Below, one piece after another: positions 9,397 to 18,292 of a stretch of DNA of 27,032 nucleotides; the stretch's first letter is position 1; each line of letters starts with the position of its first letter. This DNA comes from a virus (Duplodnaviria; Heunggongvirae; Uroviricota; Caudoviricetes), in the IMG/VR virus record IMGVR_UViG_2695420624_000003, positions 1 through 27,032 of that record; one strand, 5' to 3'. The position numbers and the translations under genes are program-made. The notes beneath the pieces were generated by a model. The model searched no databases. It saw only the letters and a program-made list of their open reading frames with translations, and had not been told where the DNA came from.

Positions 9397-10308
9397 TCAG
9401 TACTTAAATAAGAATTTGCTATTACTTTGAAATTGAGATGGTGTGGTTGCAATCGGACTAGATGTCGCAGCTATCTCTTCAAGTAACTCAGCTTTCCAGA
9501 CATGCCCTAGTTGCAAAGATTCACTATGCGACACTTTGTATTCTGCAGCACTAACGACTTGTTCTAAGAAAAGATCACTGTTTAGCATTTGCATACTTGC
9601 ATAAACGCCAAGGAAATGAATTTTCATTCCCATATCCATGATCATATTCCCTTCTTTTGTAAGATAACCACTGTGCGTGACATAGAATGCCGGAGAGCCT
9701 GACATTCCAGGGAAAGCAGAAATATCGACAACTATTAATTTCTTCCCATCGAAATCGATATCTGGCTCACTCGCTAAGCTTCCTGTTTTCCATATTGGAA
9801 GGTAGTGAGTCGTGTCATGATAACCATGAGGATATCCAATCATTACAACAGGAGATGAGGGGTTTATCTGGACATTAGGCAGTGTCGTTGTTTTTGAGAC
9901 TACTTTTACTCCTGTGTTTACAAACAACTCTTGAGGCAAAGGCATCAAGATAATGTCTGCCTCTTTATCTGTGGGGTGCTCCAACCACAGCGGTGAACCA
10001 TCTTTAAACAGAGGCATCGTATGTTTGAATAGTTTTCCGGTTTTATCTCTCAGCTGAATATCAATACTATCGCCTATAAATGGCTTTACACCCCTTTCGG
10101 ATGGGCTGATTCCAGTTATTACATGATAGTTAGTTGCAAGGAAAATGAAACCATTGCTATGTTGATAAAAGAACCCAGTACCTAACGACTTTGACTCTCC
10201 ATTAGACCTCAAAATTACTAAAGTAGTTACCAGAGATAGCGGCTGTACGTTTTGCATAAAATTCATCCAACATGAACTTCGATATAGGTTGTAAAAGCAT
10301 ACAATCAT
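9397..10308 (-). CDS. Trypsin-like serine protease (chymotrypsin fold), moron gene
   Basis: Catalytic-triad motifs in order: ATNYHV (His), ADIILMPL (Asp), GMSGSP (Ser). Low-GC. True start may be an internal Met (10266 or 10257). Confidence 0.65.
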   Translation of the reverse strand: MIVCFYNLYRSSCWMNFMQNVQPLSLVTTLVILRSNGESKSLGTGFFYQHSNGFIFLATNYHVITGISPSERGVKPFIGDSIDIQLRDKTGKLFKHTMPLFKDGSPLWLEHPTDKEADIILMPLPQELFVNTGVKVVSKTTTLPNVQINPSSPVVMIGYPHGYHDTTHYLPIWKTGSLASEPDIDFDGKKLIVVDISAFPGMSGSPAFYVTHSGYLTKEGNMIMDMGMKIHFLGVYASMQMLNSDLFLEQVVSAAEYKVSHSESLQLGHVWKAELLEEIAATSSPIATTPSQFQSNSKFLFKY

Positions 10309-10374
10309 TCCAGAAAATTCTTAACCAACTATTTCCGATATATGAATCGCCAATTCCGATCTAGCTATATAACC

Positions 10375-10647
10375 TCACTTTTCAGCAGAGTTTTTCTCCG
10401 AAAGCAGGTGCTCACTCTTTCTAATGTCTAACTTATCCCTATTACAAGACGCCAGCGCCGACAACAGGCTTACGTTCAAATCCAGGCTCCCACTCCATGT
10501 CAGCGGGTCGGGGATAGCTGGTTGCGGAGTTTCAGCGGTCAGATTCGCTAGTAGTGGTACCGCCGAAACTGGTACGTAAACTGTCCGCGTACCGGCGCAG
10601 CCGTTCAGCTGCACGAGCAGGAACAGGACGGGCAGCGCAATCATCAT
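10375..10647 (-). CDS. Rz1-like outer-membrane spanin lipoprotein
   Basis: Signal peptide with lipobox (MMIALPVLFLLVQLNGC) and Pro-rich mature part, in the +1 frame overlapping the 3' end of Rz. Confidence 0.45.
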   Translation of the reverse strand: MMIALPVLFLLVQLNGCAGTRTVYVPVSAVPLLANLTAETPQPAIPDPLTWSGSLDLNVSLLSALASCNRDKLDIRKSEHLLSEKNSAEK

Positions 10648-10924
10648 TCGCAAAAGCCATTTTGATATCAGCCTGGGTTCTCTGTGACTCCAGTGCGATC
10701 TGCTGTTTTGCATGCTGGTTAGCCTCCAGTACTGTATTGACGATTTGTAGTGATTGCAGGACGTTATTAGTAATGGCAGTTGCCGATTTGGCATTTTGTA
10801 CAGCCTCATCAGCACGTTTCTTTTCGTGCTGATATTTGCTGTAGTAGTGGTTGGTTGACCAGATGAAAGAACAGACGACAGTTAAAAGGAAAGCAGCGAT
10901 AATCAGCTTATAGCTCAACTTCAT
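10532..10924 (-). CDS. Rz-like inner-membrane spanin
   Basis: N-terminal transmembrane helix then a charged coiled-coil-like region; located directly after the endolysin. Confidence 0.7.
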   Translation of the reverse strand: MKLSYKLIIAAFLLTVVCSFIWSTNHYYSKYQHEKKRADEAVQNAKSATAITNNVLQSLQIVNTVLEANQHAKQQIALESQRTQADIKMAFANDDCAARPVPARAAERLRRYADSLRTSFGGTTTSESDR

Positions 10925-11384
10925 TTACCACCCCACCAGCCTCTTTAAACCTGGCAATCAGGTCACCGATTTTATGTTCATACTGACCATAACCAGCGCC
11001 CGGCAGTGAAGCCCAGATATTGCTGCAACGGTCGATTGCCTGACGGATATCACCGCGATCAATCATCGGTAAAGCGCCACGCTCTTTAATCTGCTGTAAT
11101 GCCACGGAGTCCTGGCTTCTGGGAGAGAAGTCTTTCAGCCCTAGCTGCTTGCGGTAGGCATCCCACCAACGGGAAAGAAGCTGGTAACGTCCGGCTGCTG
11201 TTGATTTGAGTTTCGGGTTTAGCGTGACAAGTTTGCGAGGATGATCGGAGTAATCAGTAAACAGTTCACCACCGACAATGACATCATAACCGTGGTTACG
11301 TGTCGGTTGTCGCCCGTTATCCGTTCCTTCTGACCATGCAACCATATCCAAGAAAGCTTTACGCTGGGAATTTAGTGCCTGCAT
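10908..11384 (-). CDS. Endolysin, lambda R-like lytic transglycosylase
   Basis: Near-identical over long stretches to lambda R as recalled from memory (NSQRKAFLDMVAWSEGTDNGRQPTRNHGYDVIVGGELFTDYSDHPRKLVTLNPKLKST...). Confidence 0.9.
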   Translation of the reverse strand: MQALNSQRKAFLDMVAWSEGTDNGRQPTRNHGYDVIVGGELFTDYSDHPRKLVTLNPKLKSTAAGRYQLLSRWWDAYRKQLGLKDFSPRSQDSVALQQIKERGALPMIDRGDIRQAIDRCSNIWASLPGAGYGQYEHKIGDLIARFKEAGGVVNEVEL

Positions 11385-11387
11385 AAA

Positions 11388-11714
11388 TTACTCCTTCGAG
11401 CTACCAAATTTGTTACCGATTACTCGCATTGCAGCCCCACGAATTGCATCGACACCAATCAGCCCAACACCGCCACCAATGGCAACAGAAAGAGATTTAG
11501 GCCATCCGACATACTCAAGAGCGGATGCAAAAGTCAGCGTCAGAGCACCACAGAGCAAAATCTCGAGCGTTTTTCGTTTCCAGCCACCACCACCGCCAAA
11601 ATAGGCAATGCGCAAGCCAGCCATAACGATCGACATAATCACTGCGCCCAGCGGTGTGTCTCCACGCCACCAGCTCTGGAACAACTCCAGCCAGGTATTT
11701 GGGTTATGAGGCAT
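11388..11714 (-). CDS. Holin (lambda S-like)
   Basis: 108-aa protein with hydrophobic helices and a charged C-terminus, immediately upstream of the endolysin. Confidence 0.75.
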   Translation of the reverse strand: MPHNPNTWLELFQSWWRGDTPLGAVIMSIVMAGLRIAYFGGGGGWKRKTLEILLCGALTLTFASALEYVGWPKSLSVAIGGGVGLIGVDAIRGAAMRVIGNKFGSSKE

Positions 11715-11856
11715 TTGTAGTTATCTCTCACCTCGCTGATACAGCAGGTGCAAATTGAGGGAACATCATGTACAGCAAATTAGAAGCGGAAACGTCAAAG
11801 AAGCCGAACCAATGGATAACTGCGGAATAGACCAGGACCAACGAATCCCCAGCCCC

Positions 11857-11888
11857 AGAAACGACAAAACCCGCTCGACGGCGGGTTT
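11857..11888 (-). terminator. Intrinsic terminator upstream of the holin (tR'-like)
   Basis: GC-rich 8-bp stem AAACCCGC/GCGGGTTT followed on the minus strand by a U-rich tract (UUUUGUCGUUUC). Confidence 0.5.
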
Positions 11889-11933
11889 AAGCTGTGTGGC
11901 GAAGTAACCACTCTTAACACGATACAATAATTT

Positions 11934-11962
11934 TTGCGTACGCGTTAGCGTTTTTGTAAGAT
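11934..11962 (+). promoter_or_regulatory. Candidate sigma70 promoter for the 12000..13614 cassette
   Basis: TTGCGT, 17-bp spacer, TAAGAT, about 40 bp upstream of the cassette ATG. Read by eye only. Confidence 0.3.
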
Positions 11963-11999
11963 TAACAAATAAATCGAAAAATCATAATCGGATGATTTC

Positions 12000-13022
12000 A
12001 TGGCAAAATTAAATGCTAGCGAAAGACTCGTTACTCATCATAGTCTGACCATTGACACAAAGTTTAGAACCAAGGCAACACAAGAGGTAAAAGCCCAGTG
12101 TATATGTCCTGTTCCGGAAATGTACATGCTTGCCCCATTGATTGTTAAACAAAAGGGACTCGTTCATTCATATGATTCTGGGAATATTGTAGTTACTCTC
12201 CAAGATGTACAACTTTATCCTTTACTTCCAGATAACTCACCCACGCATATTGTCCTTCTTATTAATAGTGTTGATAAAAATGGAAGTACTACCGTTGTAA
12301 AAAATATAAATACTAATGAACGCGTTGAAATCCAACCAAAATATGAACAAGGTGAAGGCTATGAAGTTTCTACCTATGTTGTCATATCATTAAATGGAAA
12401 TAAAAGAACCTATGATATGATTTGTACATCTACCCCAGGTGTATCTACGGCCCGGTTAAATAGTTTTTTAGACAAAATTCTCTTTGAAGTGGCGAAAGAC
12501 AATGAAGACTTATTTACCGCAAAACATCCAACTAACGTTATTTCTGCAACATCAAAAAAAGAAGTAAAAATACGATACAAACCAATATTTGAATTTACAG
12601 GAATGTTAGACAAGGAGCTTTTTAATAAAATAAGCCAAAAAGGATTATCAGATGTCATATTAGTCAAGGATCAATTCGGAACAATTAATGCTCCTGATGT
12701 TAACTCACCTTACATTCCGACTGAAAGTACATTAAAATTACTTCCAAATCATGGTGACAATGTTATTGGATGGATTAAAAATGTAGCATCTCATTTCAAT
12801 AAAAAAATGAATGGTGGTTATGATAAATTAAAGGTTAAATTCCAAGATCCTGAAACAAATAAACCAAGGCAGGTTGATTTCAAAACCTCAAACATCAATC
12901 TTAATAATTTAGAAAAAACATTTATTAAGAAAAGCATTATCGATAACTTTAATTCGCGCCTGAAGGATTCATATGTTAAAATTGAGCTAGAGTTTGTTGT
13001 GAAAATGATAGATTTGATGTGA
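12000..13022 (+). CDS. Hypothetical soluble protein (340 aa), first gene of a low-GC cargo cassette
   Basis: Long low-GC ORF on the strand opposite to the phage late genes, Lys/Asn-rich, no recognised motif. Confidence 0.7.
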   Translation: MAKLNASERLVTHHSLTIDTKFRTKATQEVKAQCICPVPEMYMLAPLIVKQKGLVHSYDSGNIVVTLQDVQLYPLLPDNSPTHIVLLINSVDKNGSTTVVKNINTNERVEIQPKYEQGEGYEVSTYVVISLNGNKRTYDMICTSTPGVSTARLNSFLDKILFEVAKDNEDLFTAKHPTNVISATSKKEVKIRYKPIFEFTGMLDKELFNKISQKGLSDVILVKDQFGTINAPDVNSPYIPTESTLKLLPNHGDNVIGWIKNVASHFNKKMNGGYDKLKVKFQDPETNKPRQVDFKTSNINLNNLEKTFIKKSIIDNFNSRLKDSYVKIELEFVVKMIDLM

Positions 13023-13029
13023 GGTTATT

Positions 13030-13614
13030 ATGCCAATACTTTCAGTTTTCTCTCATCTAGGCAAGCCGTTTGGATATCTTTTTATTAAAGGTATTAGCGG
13101 CAAAGCTGCATATGATTGGGTAGCACCAATTCTACTTACTTCTATCACAGCAGTACTTTTCATTCTATTAAAAATCCCTGTCAAAGATTTATTTGATGAC
13201 AATGGTTTCATTAAATCAATCGTTTCATTTATCTCTAACCTACCAGGGTTTTATATTGCCGCTCTGGCCGCCATAGCAACTTTCAATAGAGCTGAGATTG
13301 ATTTACCATTGATTAGCAATGAAAGAAATGCCTCTATTGAAATAAAAGTAACAAAAGAAAATGGAAAAGTAGTAAATTCAGAGGAGGTTCTGACCAGACG
13401 ATTATTTCTTTGCATGCTATTCTCTTTTTTAACAGCATTAAGCATTGTTATAATAATACTTAATGCTATATTTTCACCATTAATCAATGTCTATCAAAAC
13501 AGTTTTGTTTTAATGGTTTATACTGTTGTATTTACTTTCCTCGTTTGGCAACTCTTAGTATCAACTTTCTTTGGATTATATTATCTCGGAAACAGAATTC
13601 ATATGAATTATTAA
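13030..13614 (+). CDS. Integral membrane protein (194 aa, about 4 TM helices), second gene of the cargo cassette
   Basis: Starts 7 nt after the upstream stop with a GAGG ribosome-binding site; four long hydrophobic segments. Confidence 0.7.
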   Translation: MPILSVFSHLGKPFGYLFIKGISGKAAYDWVAPILLTSITAVLFILLKIPVKDLFDDNGFIKSIVSFISNLPGFYIAALAAIATFNRAEIDLPLISNERNASIEIKVTKENGKVVNSEEVLTRRLFLCMLFSFLTALSIVIIILNAIFSPLINVYQNSFVLMVYTVVFTFLVWQLLVSTFFGLYYLGNRIHMNY

Positions 13615-13617
13615 GCC

Positions 13618-13983
13618 CTACAGGGGCTTAATAATCAACAAAATACCTTCAATCACTCCTATTGCTGCTTGAAGTTGTTTTCTGATTGACCCGTCAGAGC
13701 ATTTCCGTTTCTTTGCTATTGAACGGAGTGAAATACCGATAACAAAGTGAGCAATGATCAGTTCATATTCTTCTGGCTTATATTTCCGCATTCGCGCAAC
13801 ACAGCTGTCAATCATGATTCCTTCATCATCATCGCATTGTTGGCGTGTTTTCTTTCCATGAGGTAGTAAACCTTTAAACCCTGCAGCAACAGGCTGCCAG
13901 TCCACACCACTGTTATCTGCTGCAGCCCATGCTCCCCAGCGGTCCAATACTTCATACATATCACGCATCAACCTTCTCCACAA
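13618..13983 (-). CDS. Late-gene antiterminator Q (short QuuD-like type)
   Basis: Resembles the short Q antiterminators (VLDRWGAWAA ... AAGFKGLL ... KCSDGSIRKQLQAAIGVIEG) as recalled from memory. Start may be an internal Met. Confidence 0.75.
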   Translation of the reverse strand: MWRRLMRDMYEVLDRWGAWAAADNSGVDWQPVAAGFKGLLPHGKKTRQQCDDDEGIMIDSCVARMRKYKPEEYELIIAHFVIGISLRSIAKKRKCSDGSIRKQLQAAIGVIEGILLIIKPL

Positions 13984-13985
13984 AA

Positions 13986-14981
13986 TCAGGCCAGCACGCC
14001 AATTGCCAGCGCACGATCGATAAAACGAAATATCAGCTCCAGCTGGGAGCCATACTTCTCTTCAAATACCACGGTATCCGCATGCAGCTCGTCATGATGC
14101 TTTCTGCACAAAGGCAACACAAAGAGATCATGCGCTTTTGTACCCATTCCCCCCTGACCGTGGCCTATCAGGTGGTGGGGATCATCAGCAGGCTTTCCAC
14201 AACATGCACACGGCTGCGTCTTAACCCAGCGCGTGTACTTTTCATTAACCCAGCGGCGACGTTTTGGGCGTAACATAAAAGACTCCGGCGACTCCGGATC
14301 CACTTTCAGCGCCAGCACCTTTTTCGCCTTATCCTGGATGATGCTGGTGGCAGGAACCGAAGGCACAAGGTCACTTTCCCGGGTAACAGACGGCACAACA
14401 GGCTTCGGTAATCTCAGTGCCTTACGGGCTGCACTTTCCGGTAAGGCATCAGCCAGGTCATTACGAACCAGCCACCAGCACAGTTCCGGCATTGTCACAA
14501 CGTGACTATCATCAAAACCGAGATCCCGACGCACGACAGACAACACCCAGCGGGCACAGTTATCCGTTGCCATTGATTCCAGCCGTTCCGTGAACTGATC
14601 GCGCAGCTGGTTATCGCAGTGCCAGCACAGACGAATTGCGCCCGGAGCGTGTCGCATTGTGGTCATGTTCTCGCTGTGCCAGTCGGAATGAGGCCACTGG
14701 CAGCCTTTTTCACGAAGTAACCAGCTTTCAAGACATTCCACGCCACCAGCACGACGGATCACTGCCTCATTGCGGAACACGGCCCGAACGGCAGGATCAT
14801 CCGCCAGCGGTTGTGATGCAGCCGGAACGGCACCACTGGCGAAAGATGAATAACGTTCCGGCTCAGGCTCCAGCAGGACACGCCCCTGCATAAACAGGGG
14901 CATCAGCTCTGAACCTGGCCTGAACAATACGATCCCCATACGCGGGGCAATATCAGGGGTCAGTAGTGCTCTCACGGTCAC
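13986..14981 (-). CDS. Prophage protein with C-terminal Cys/His (HNH-like) zinc-binding motif, possibly DUF968-like
   Basis: 331-aa ORF in the nin-equivalent region; C-terminus CACCGKPADDPHHLIGHG ... LPLCRKHHDELH. Family name is from memory and unverified. Confidence 0.55.
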   Translation of the reverse strand: MTVRALLTPDIAPRMGIVLFRPGSELMPLFMQGRVLLEPEPERYSSFASGAVPAASQPLADDPAVRAVFRNEAVIRRAGGVECLESWLLREKGCQWPHSDWHSENMTTMRHAPGAIRLCWHCDNQLRDQFTERLESMATDNCARWVLSVVRRDLGFDDSHVVTMPELCWWLVRNDLADALPESAARKALRLPKPVVPSVTRESDLVPSVPATSIIQDKAKKVLALKVDPESPESFMLRPKRRRWVNEKYTRWVKTQPCACCGKPADDPHHLIGHGQGGMGTKAHDLFVLPLCRKHHDELHADTVVFEEKYGSQLELIFRFIDRALAIGVLA

Positions 14982-14982
14982 C

Positions 14983-15780
14983 TCAATGAACGGTATCGAG
15001 CAGCTTTAACAGCTCAGGGAATCGGGATTCGAAGAAGTGCGGCTGCGTCTCGCGCGGATTTGCGGGACTGGTGATGTTCTTGCCGAACATGCAGCCTTTC
15101 GGTGTCAGCGACCAGAATTTTTTGATGTTGTTAATCGCGGTACGGCTGTATCGTTCGCGTTGTTCAACGATCCCCAGCTTCGCCATCTGGTGATATGCCT
15201 GATTAGCCGTCAGGCGGATACCATACTGTTTCAGCAGTGCACTCAGCGACAGCGTGGGGCGGCTTGAGCCATCAGGCGCGTCAGCAGGAGCATCAATGGC
15301 ATAGCGCGGTGCCAGATTCGGTAAGCCAACAGCCTCCTGGAGTTTCTGACAGGCCCCAAGCACAGATGAGTTAGACAGGTTTAACTCCCGGCGCATAAAG
15401 TCCAGCAGAATCACGCCAGCCTGCATCTTGTCAGCAGCCTGCCCGGATAATTTTTCCGGTGCGCTGGTTACCATATCGAAAGTACGGATCACCTTCAGAT
15501 GGAATGACGGGCTGATCCACATTGCATAGGCATACACCAGTTCTTTGCAGACATACGTCCCCTGGTTATTTCCGCCACGACTAACGTTAACTGGCTCTAT
15601 ATTGACCGAGTTGCAAATCTGCAACTCGCTTATTAAACGTTCGGTTTGCTCATTGCGGAGCCAGAATGCAGGCTTATGCTTATCCAGAGAACCAGCAGCC
15701 CTGTGCAGATCGTTCAGGCTGTAACGCCCATAAGCATCACGACGAACTTCAATGCCATCAATGACCATCAGATTATTCAT
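14983..15780 (-). CDS. KilA-N domain protein
   Basis: N-terminus MNNLMVIDGIEVRRDAYGRYSLNDLHRAAG is KilA-N-like; AGGAG ribosome-binding site before the internal Met chosen as start. Confidence 0.7.
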   Translation of the reverse strand: MNNLMVIDGIEVRRDAYGRYSLNDLHRAAGSLDKHKPAFWLRNEQTERLISELQICNSVNIEPVNVSRGGNNQGTYVCKELVYAYAMWISPSFHLKVIRTFDMVTSAPEKLSGQAADKMQAGVILLDFMRRELNLSNSSVLGACQKLQEAVGLPNLAPRYAIDAPADAPDGSSRPTLSLSALLKQYGIRLTANQAYHQMAKLGIVEQRERYSRTAINNIKKFWSLTPKGCMFGKNITSPANPRETQPHFFESRFPELLKLLDTVH

Positions 15781-15799
15781 ACTTCGTTTCTCCTCTTGA

Positions 15800-16189
15800 T
15801 CAGGCGGCTGCACCCGCCGTTTTCTCGTACTTACTGATAGTGATCTCGACCTTCCCTTCCGGGATAACCGGTCCCCACTCCACCAGCATTCTTTTCACCT
15901 GACTGTCGTCTTCCCACACACCCGCGTGGGTCAGGGCGTCAAACAGCGCCTTGTTATAGTTGTCCAGATCGCGGATCCGGTTATCCGGAGGAAACAACAC
16001 GATCTCCACTGAAGCAGGTGCCGACGTTGGTTTCGGCAGACGACGTAACTGCTCAACTATTGCTGCGCACGCCGCGCTCTGGAATTTTCGCCCCGCCGCG
16101 CTTATCAGACTCTTACCAGCAAACGCCCCTTTGTTGGGGTGTCGCCAGTACGTGTTCACGCTGGGCGGAAAAGGCAGTATTAGCTTCAT
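15800..16189 (-). CDS. rusA: Holliday-junction resolvase RusA
   Basis: LPFPPSVNTYWRH ... RDLDNYNKALFDALTHAGVWEDDSQV matches RusA active-site regions. Confidence 0.85.
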   Translation of the reverse strand: MKLILPFPPSVNTYWRHPNKGAFAGKSLISAAGRKFQSAACAAIVEQLRRLPKPTSAPASVEIVLFPPDNRIRDLDNYNKALFDALTHAGVWEDDSQVKRMLVEWGPVIPEGKVEITISKYEKTAGAAA

Positions 16190-16512
16190 ACTTTCAGGCC
16201 CCTCTCATGTAACCAGTGGGCTGCACGCAGCCTGGCGTTTGCCTCACCGGCAAGCAGTGCGCGGATAATCCCGACCGCCTCGCTGTCGTCGTCCTTCACC
16301 GCGGTATGAAGAGTGATACCCCGGGCCACGCCACGCTTTATCGTGATGACACCTTTTTTCTCCAGTGCGCGAAGATGCTCCACCGCTGCATTCACCGAAC
16401 GGTATCCCAGCATGGTTGCCACCTCCTGATTGGTTGGCGGAAAGCCACGCTCTTTCTGATAAGAAATCAGCATATCCAGCACCTGCTGCTGGCATTGAGT
16501 TAACGTCGTCAT
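16186..16512 (-). CDS. LexA-type winged-helix DNA-binding protein without a peptidase domain
   Basis: LTQCQQQVLDMLISYQKERGFPPTNQEVATMLGYRSVNAAVEHLRALEKKGVI resembles the LexA N-terminal domain; start overlaps the upstream stop (ATGA). Confidence 0.55.
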   Translation of the reverse strand: MTTLTQCQQQVLDMLISYQKERGFPPTNQEVATMLGYRSVNAAVEHLRALEKKGVITIKRGVARGITLHTAVKDDDSEAVGIIRALLAGEANARLRAAHWLHERGLKV

Positions 16513-17006
16513 TAAGCCCCTACGTAATTCCCTGACAGATACCACTCTTCACCCGATACAGCGCGCTTGCTGCTTTTCCGTAAACACCGCTCACGACGCG
16601 CAAGAAAATTGTTTCGCTCTTGCTGGGAGTGGCTTTCACGGAATGCCGCCATCCACACGGTTGCAGCACGACGGTATAAGCCCCTGGACTCCAGTTCTTC
16701 AGCCTGGCGGGTCAGGCACAAAATCACCCGTGGATCGTTAGTGCCGACATAGAAATTGCGCACAGGTCTGGTTTCTCGAACTGGTTGTGGTTCCGGTTCC
16801 TGCGCTCTCTCAGTCAGGCGCGGGAAATGTCTGCGTGTATCTCCTTCACAACGGTGAGCCACACGCCCACTCTGACGTAACTTGCTTGCTGACTGCAGAA
16901 CGCGCTGCCGTGAGTAACCTGCAAAAGCATCCGCAATGTCTCCGGAAGTACATCCCGGATGGGCTTCAATGAATTTCTGAACTTCATTCAAAAGACTCAT
17001 GATCAC
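16512..17006 (-). CDS. Hypothetical regulator, PerC-like C-terminal region
   Basis: C-terminal RGLYRRAATVWMAAFRESHSQQERNNFLARRERC is reminiscent of PerC-type activators; low certainty. Confidence 0.4.
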   Translation of the reverse strand: MIMSLLNEVQKFIEAHPGCTSGDIADAFAGYSRQRVLQSASKLRQSGRVAHRCEGDTRRHFPRLTERAQEPEPQPVRETRPVRNFYVGTNDPRVILCLTRQAEELESRGLYRRAATVWMAAFRESHSQQERNNFLARRERCLRKSSKRAVSGEEWYLSGNYVGA

Positions 17007-17944
17007 CCCCTGAATCCTGCCGGGATCTGGCTGTAGTCCACGTTGTCGTAACTGGATTTGAAGTACGGGTCTTCGCGTTTTTCGGTGTACGTGCTGACGG
17101 ACGGTGATAAGCGCAGGGAAAGCTCATCCCATTTTTCCCGCAACTTCGACGGGCTGAGCACGTTACGGCACCAGAACGGATCGCGGCTGACGCGGCTGTA
17201 CATCTCGCAGATTTGTTTGTGAGTACGACCATCCTGCACACACATCAGGCGAATTTCGTTTGCCCAGGCTGTCCAGTTCGGTTCTTTGGGACGAACCACC
17301 TCGCCGTCACATTCGGCGGCTTGCTCGTACAGGGCGATGATTTTTTTCCAGAGCCACTGTGCGCAGGTCAAATCATCCTGCGTTCCCCACTGGCGCTTTT
17401 TAGGGCTGAATACAACCGCATCAGGATGGCGAGTTAAAAAATCCTGTTCATCCGTCTGCGTGTCCGGTTGCGAAGCGTCCGGACGAGAAGGTTTTTTATC
17501 TGACGGATCATGTTTTGATTTTACTGACGGATCCCCGCCAGATTCTGACGGGTGAAAACCCGCTTTTTTGCCAGATTTCGACGCATCAAATTTTGACGGG
17601 TCAGATTTTGATGCGTCAGATTTTGACGGGTCAGAATCTGACAGTTGAGAAAATGCCGCTGCCTGAAGCTTCGCAACGTTAAGCTGATAAACATTCGACG
17701 CATTGCGGTTACCCTGGCGACGCGCCTTACGCGTTAACCAGCCTTCTGCTTCCAGCCGTGCGATAGCCGTCCTGACGGTACTCATCCCCGCGCCAATCTG
17801 ACGGGCAATGGTTTCAATTGATGGCCAGCACACACCTTCGTCATTACTGAAATCAGCCAGGCGGGCCATAATTGCCACGCTGGATAATTTCATGCCTGAT
17901 GCAGCGCAACCATCCCATACATAGCCGGTTAATTTAGTGCTCAT
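17003..17944 (-). CDS. Replication initiator (O-like), HTH N-terminus with a repeat-encoded linker
   Basis: N-terminal winged-helix region, central DPSKSDASKSDPSKFDASKSG repeats encoded by DNA iterons, C-terminal domain; sits in the replication position after cro and cII-like genes. Confidence 0.7.
   Translation of the reverse strand: MSTKLTGYVWDGCAASGMKLSSVAIMARLADFSNDEGVCWPSIETIARQIGAGMSTVRTAIARLEAEGWLTRKARRQGNRNASNVYQLNVAKLQAAAFSQLSDSDPSKSDASKSDPSKFDASKSGKKAGFHPSESGGDPSVKSKHDPSDKKPSRPDASQPDTQTDEQDFLTRHPDAVVFSPKKRQWGTQDDLTCAQWLWKKIIALYEQAAECDGEVVRPKEPNWTAWANEIRLMCVQDGRTHKQICEMYSRVSRDPFWCRNVLSPSKLREKWDELSLRLSPSVSTYTEKREDPYFKSSYDNVDYSQIPAGFRG
17521..17650. repeat. Iteron-like direct repeats inside the replication gene (candidate origin)
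   Basis: Repeated units of the form GATTTTGACGGGTCA / GATTTTGATGCGTCA about 15 bp apart, at least five copies. Confidence 0.5.
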
Positions 17945-17953
17945 GACCGACCT

Positions 17954-18292
17954 CTATTTCCCTGAATTTACGACGAAACTGTTCGAGCGGGCTGAAGCAC
18001 TCATGCTCATAGCCTTCGCGGAGGTAGATAACTCGTTGTGTTTCCGGCTCCCAACGAATGACTCTGACGGGCACTCCGTAGTGATCTTTGAACCAGCGGT
18101 TAACTTGTCGCAAAGGACTGTCTCCTTCTGCCGGTTGAAATCACCCACAGCCCACTCAGCAAAGCTGTGGGTTACAATTTCCCTGTCACCTGGTACATTT
18201 ACTGCGTAGCAATACTCCACCTTCGCTTTTCCACCCGGTACAGGAAGCGCAATCAGTTGCGAGCGACGGTAGTGTGTTGTTAAACTGTTCAT
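17954..18292 (-). CDS. Hypothetical early protein (112 aa)
   Basis: ORF between the cII-like gene and the replication gene; same size and position as ymfM of e14 (from memory). Confidence 0.4.
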   Translation of the reverse strand: MNSLTTHYRRSQLIALPVPGGKAKVEYCYAVNVPGDREIVTHSFAEWAVGDFNRQKETVLCDKLTAGSKITTECPSESFVGSRKHNELSTSAKAMSMSASARSNSFVVNSGK

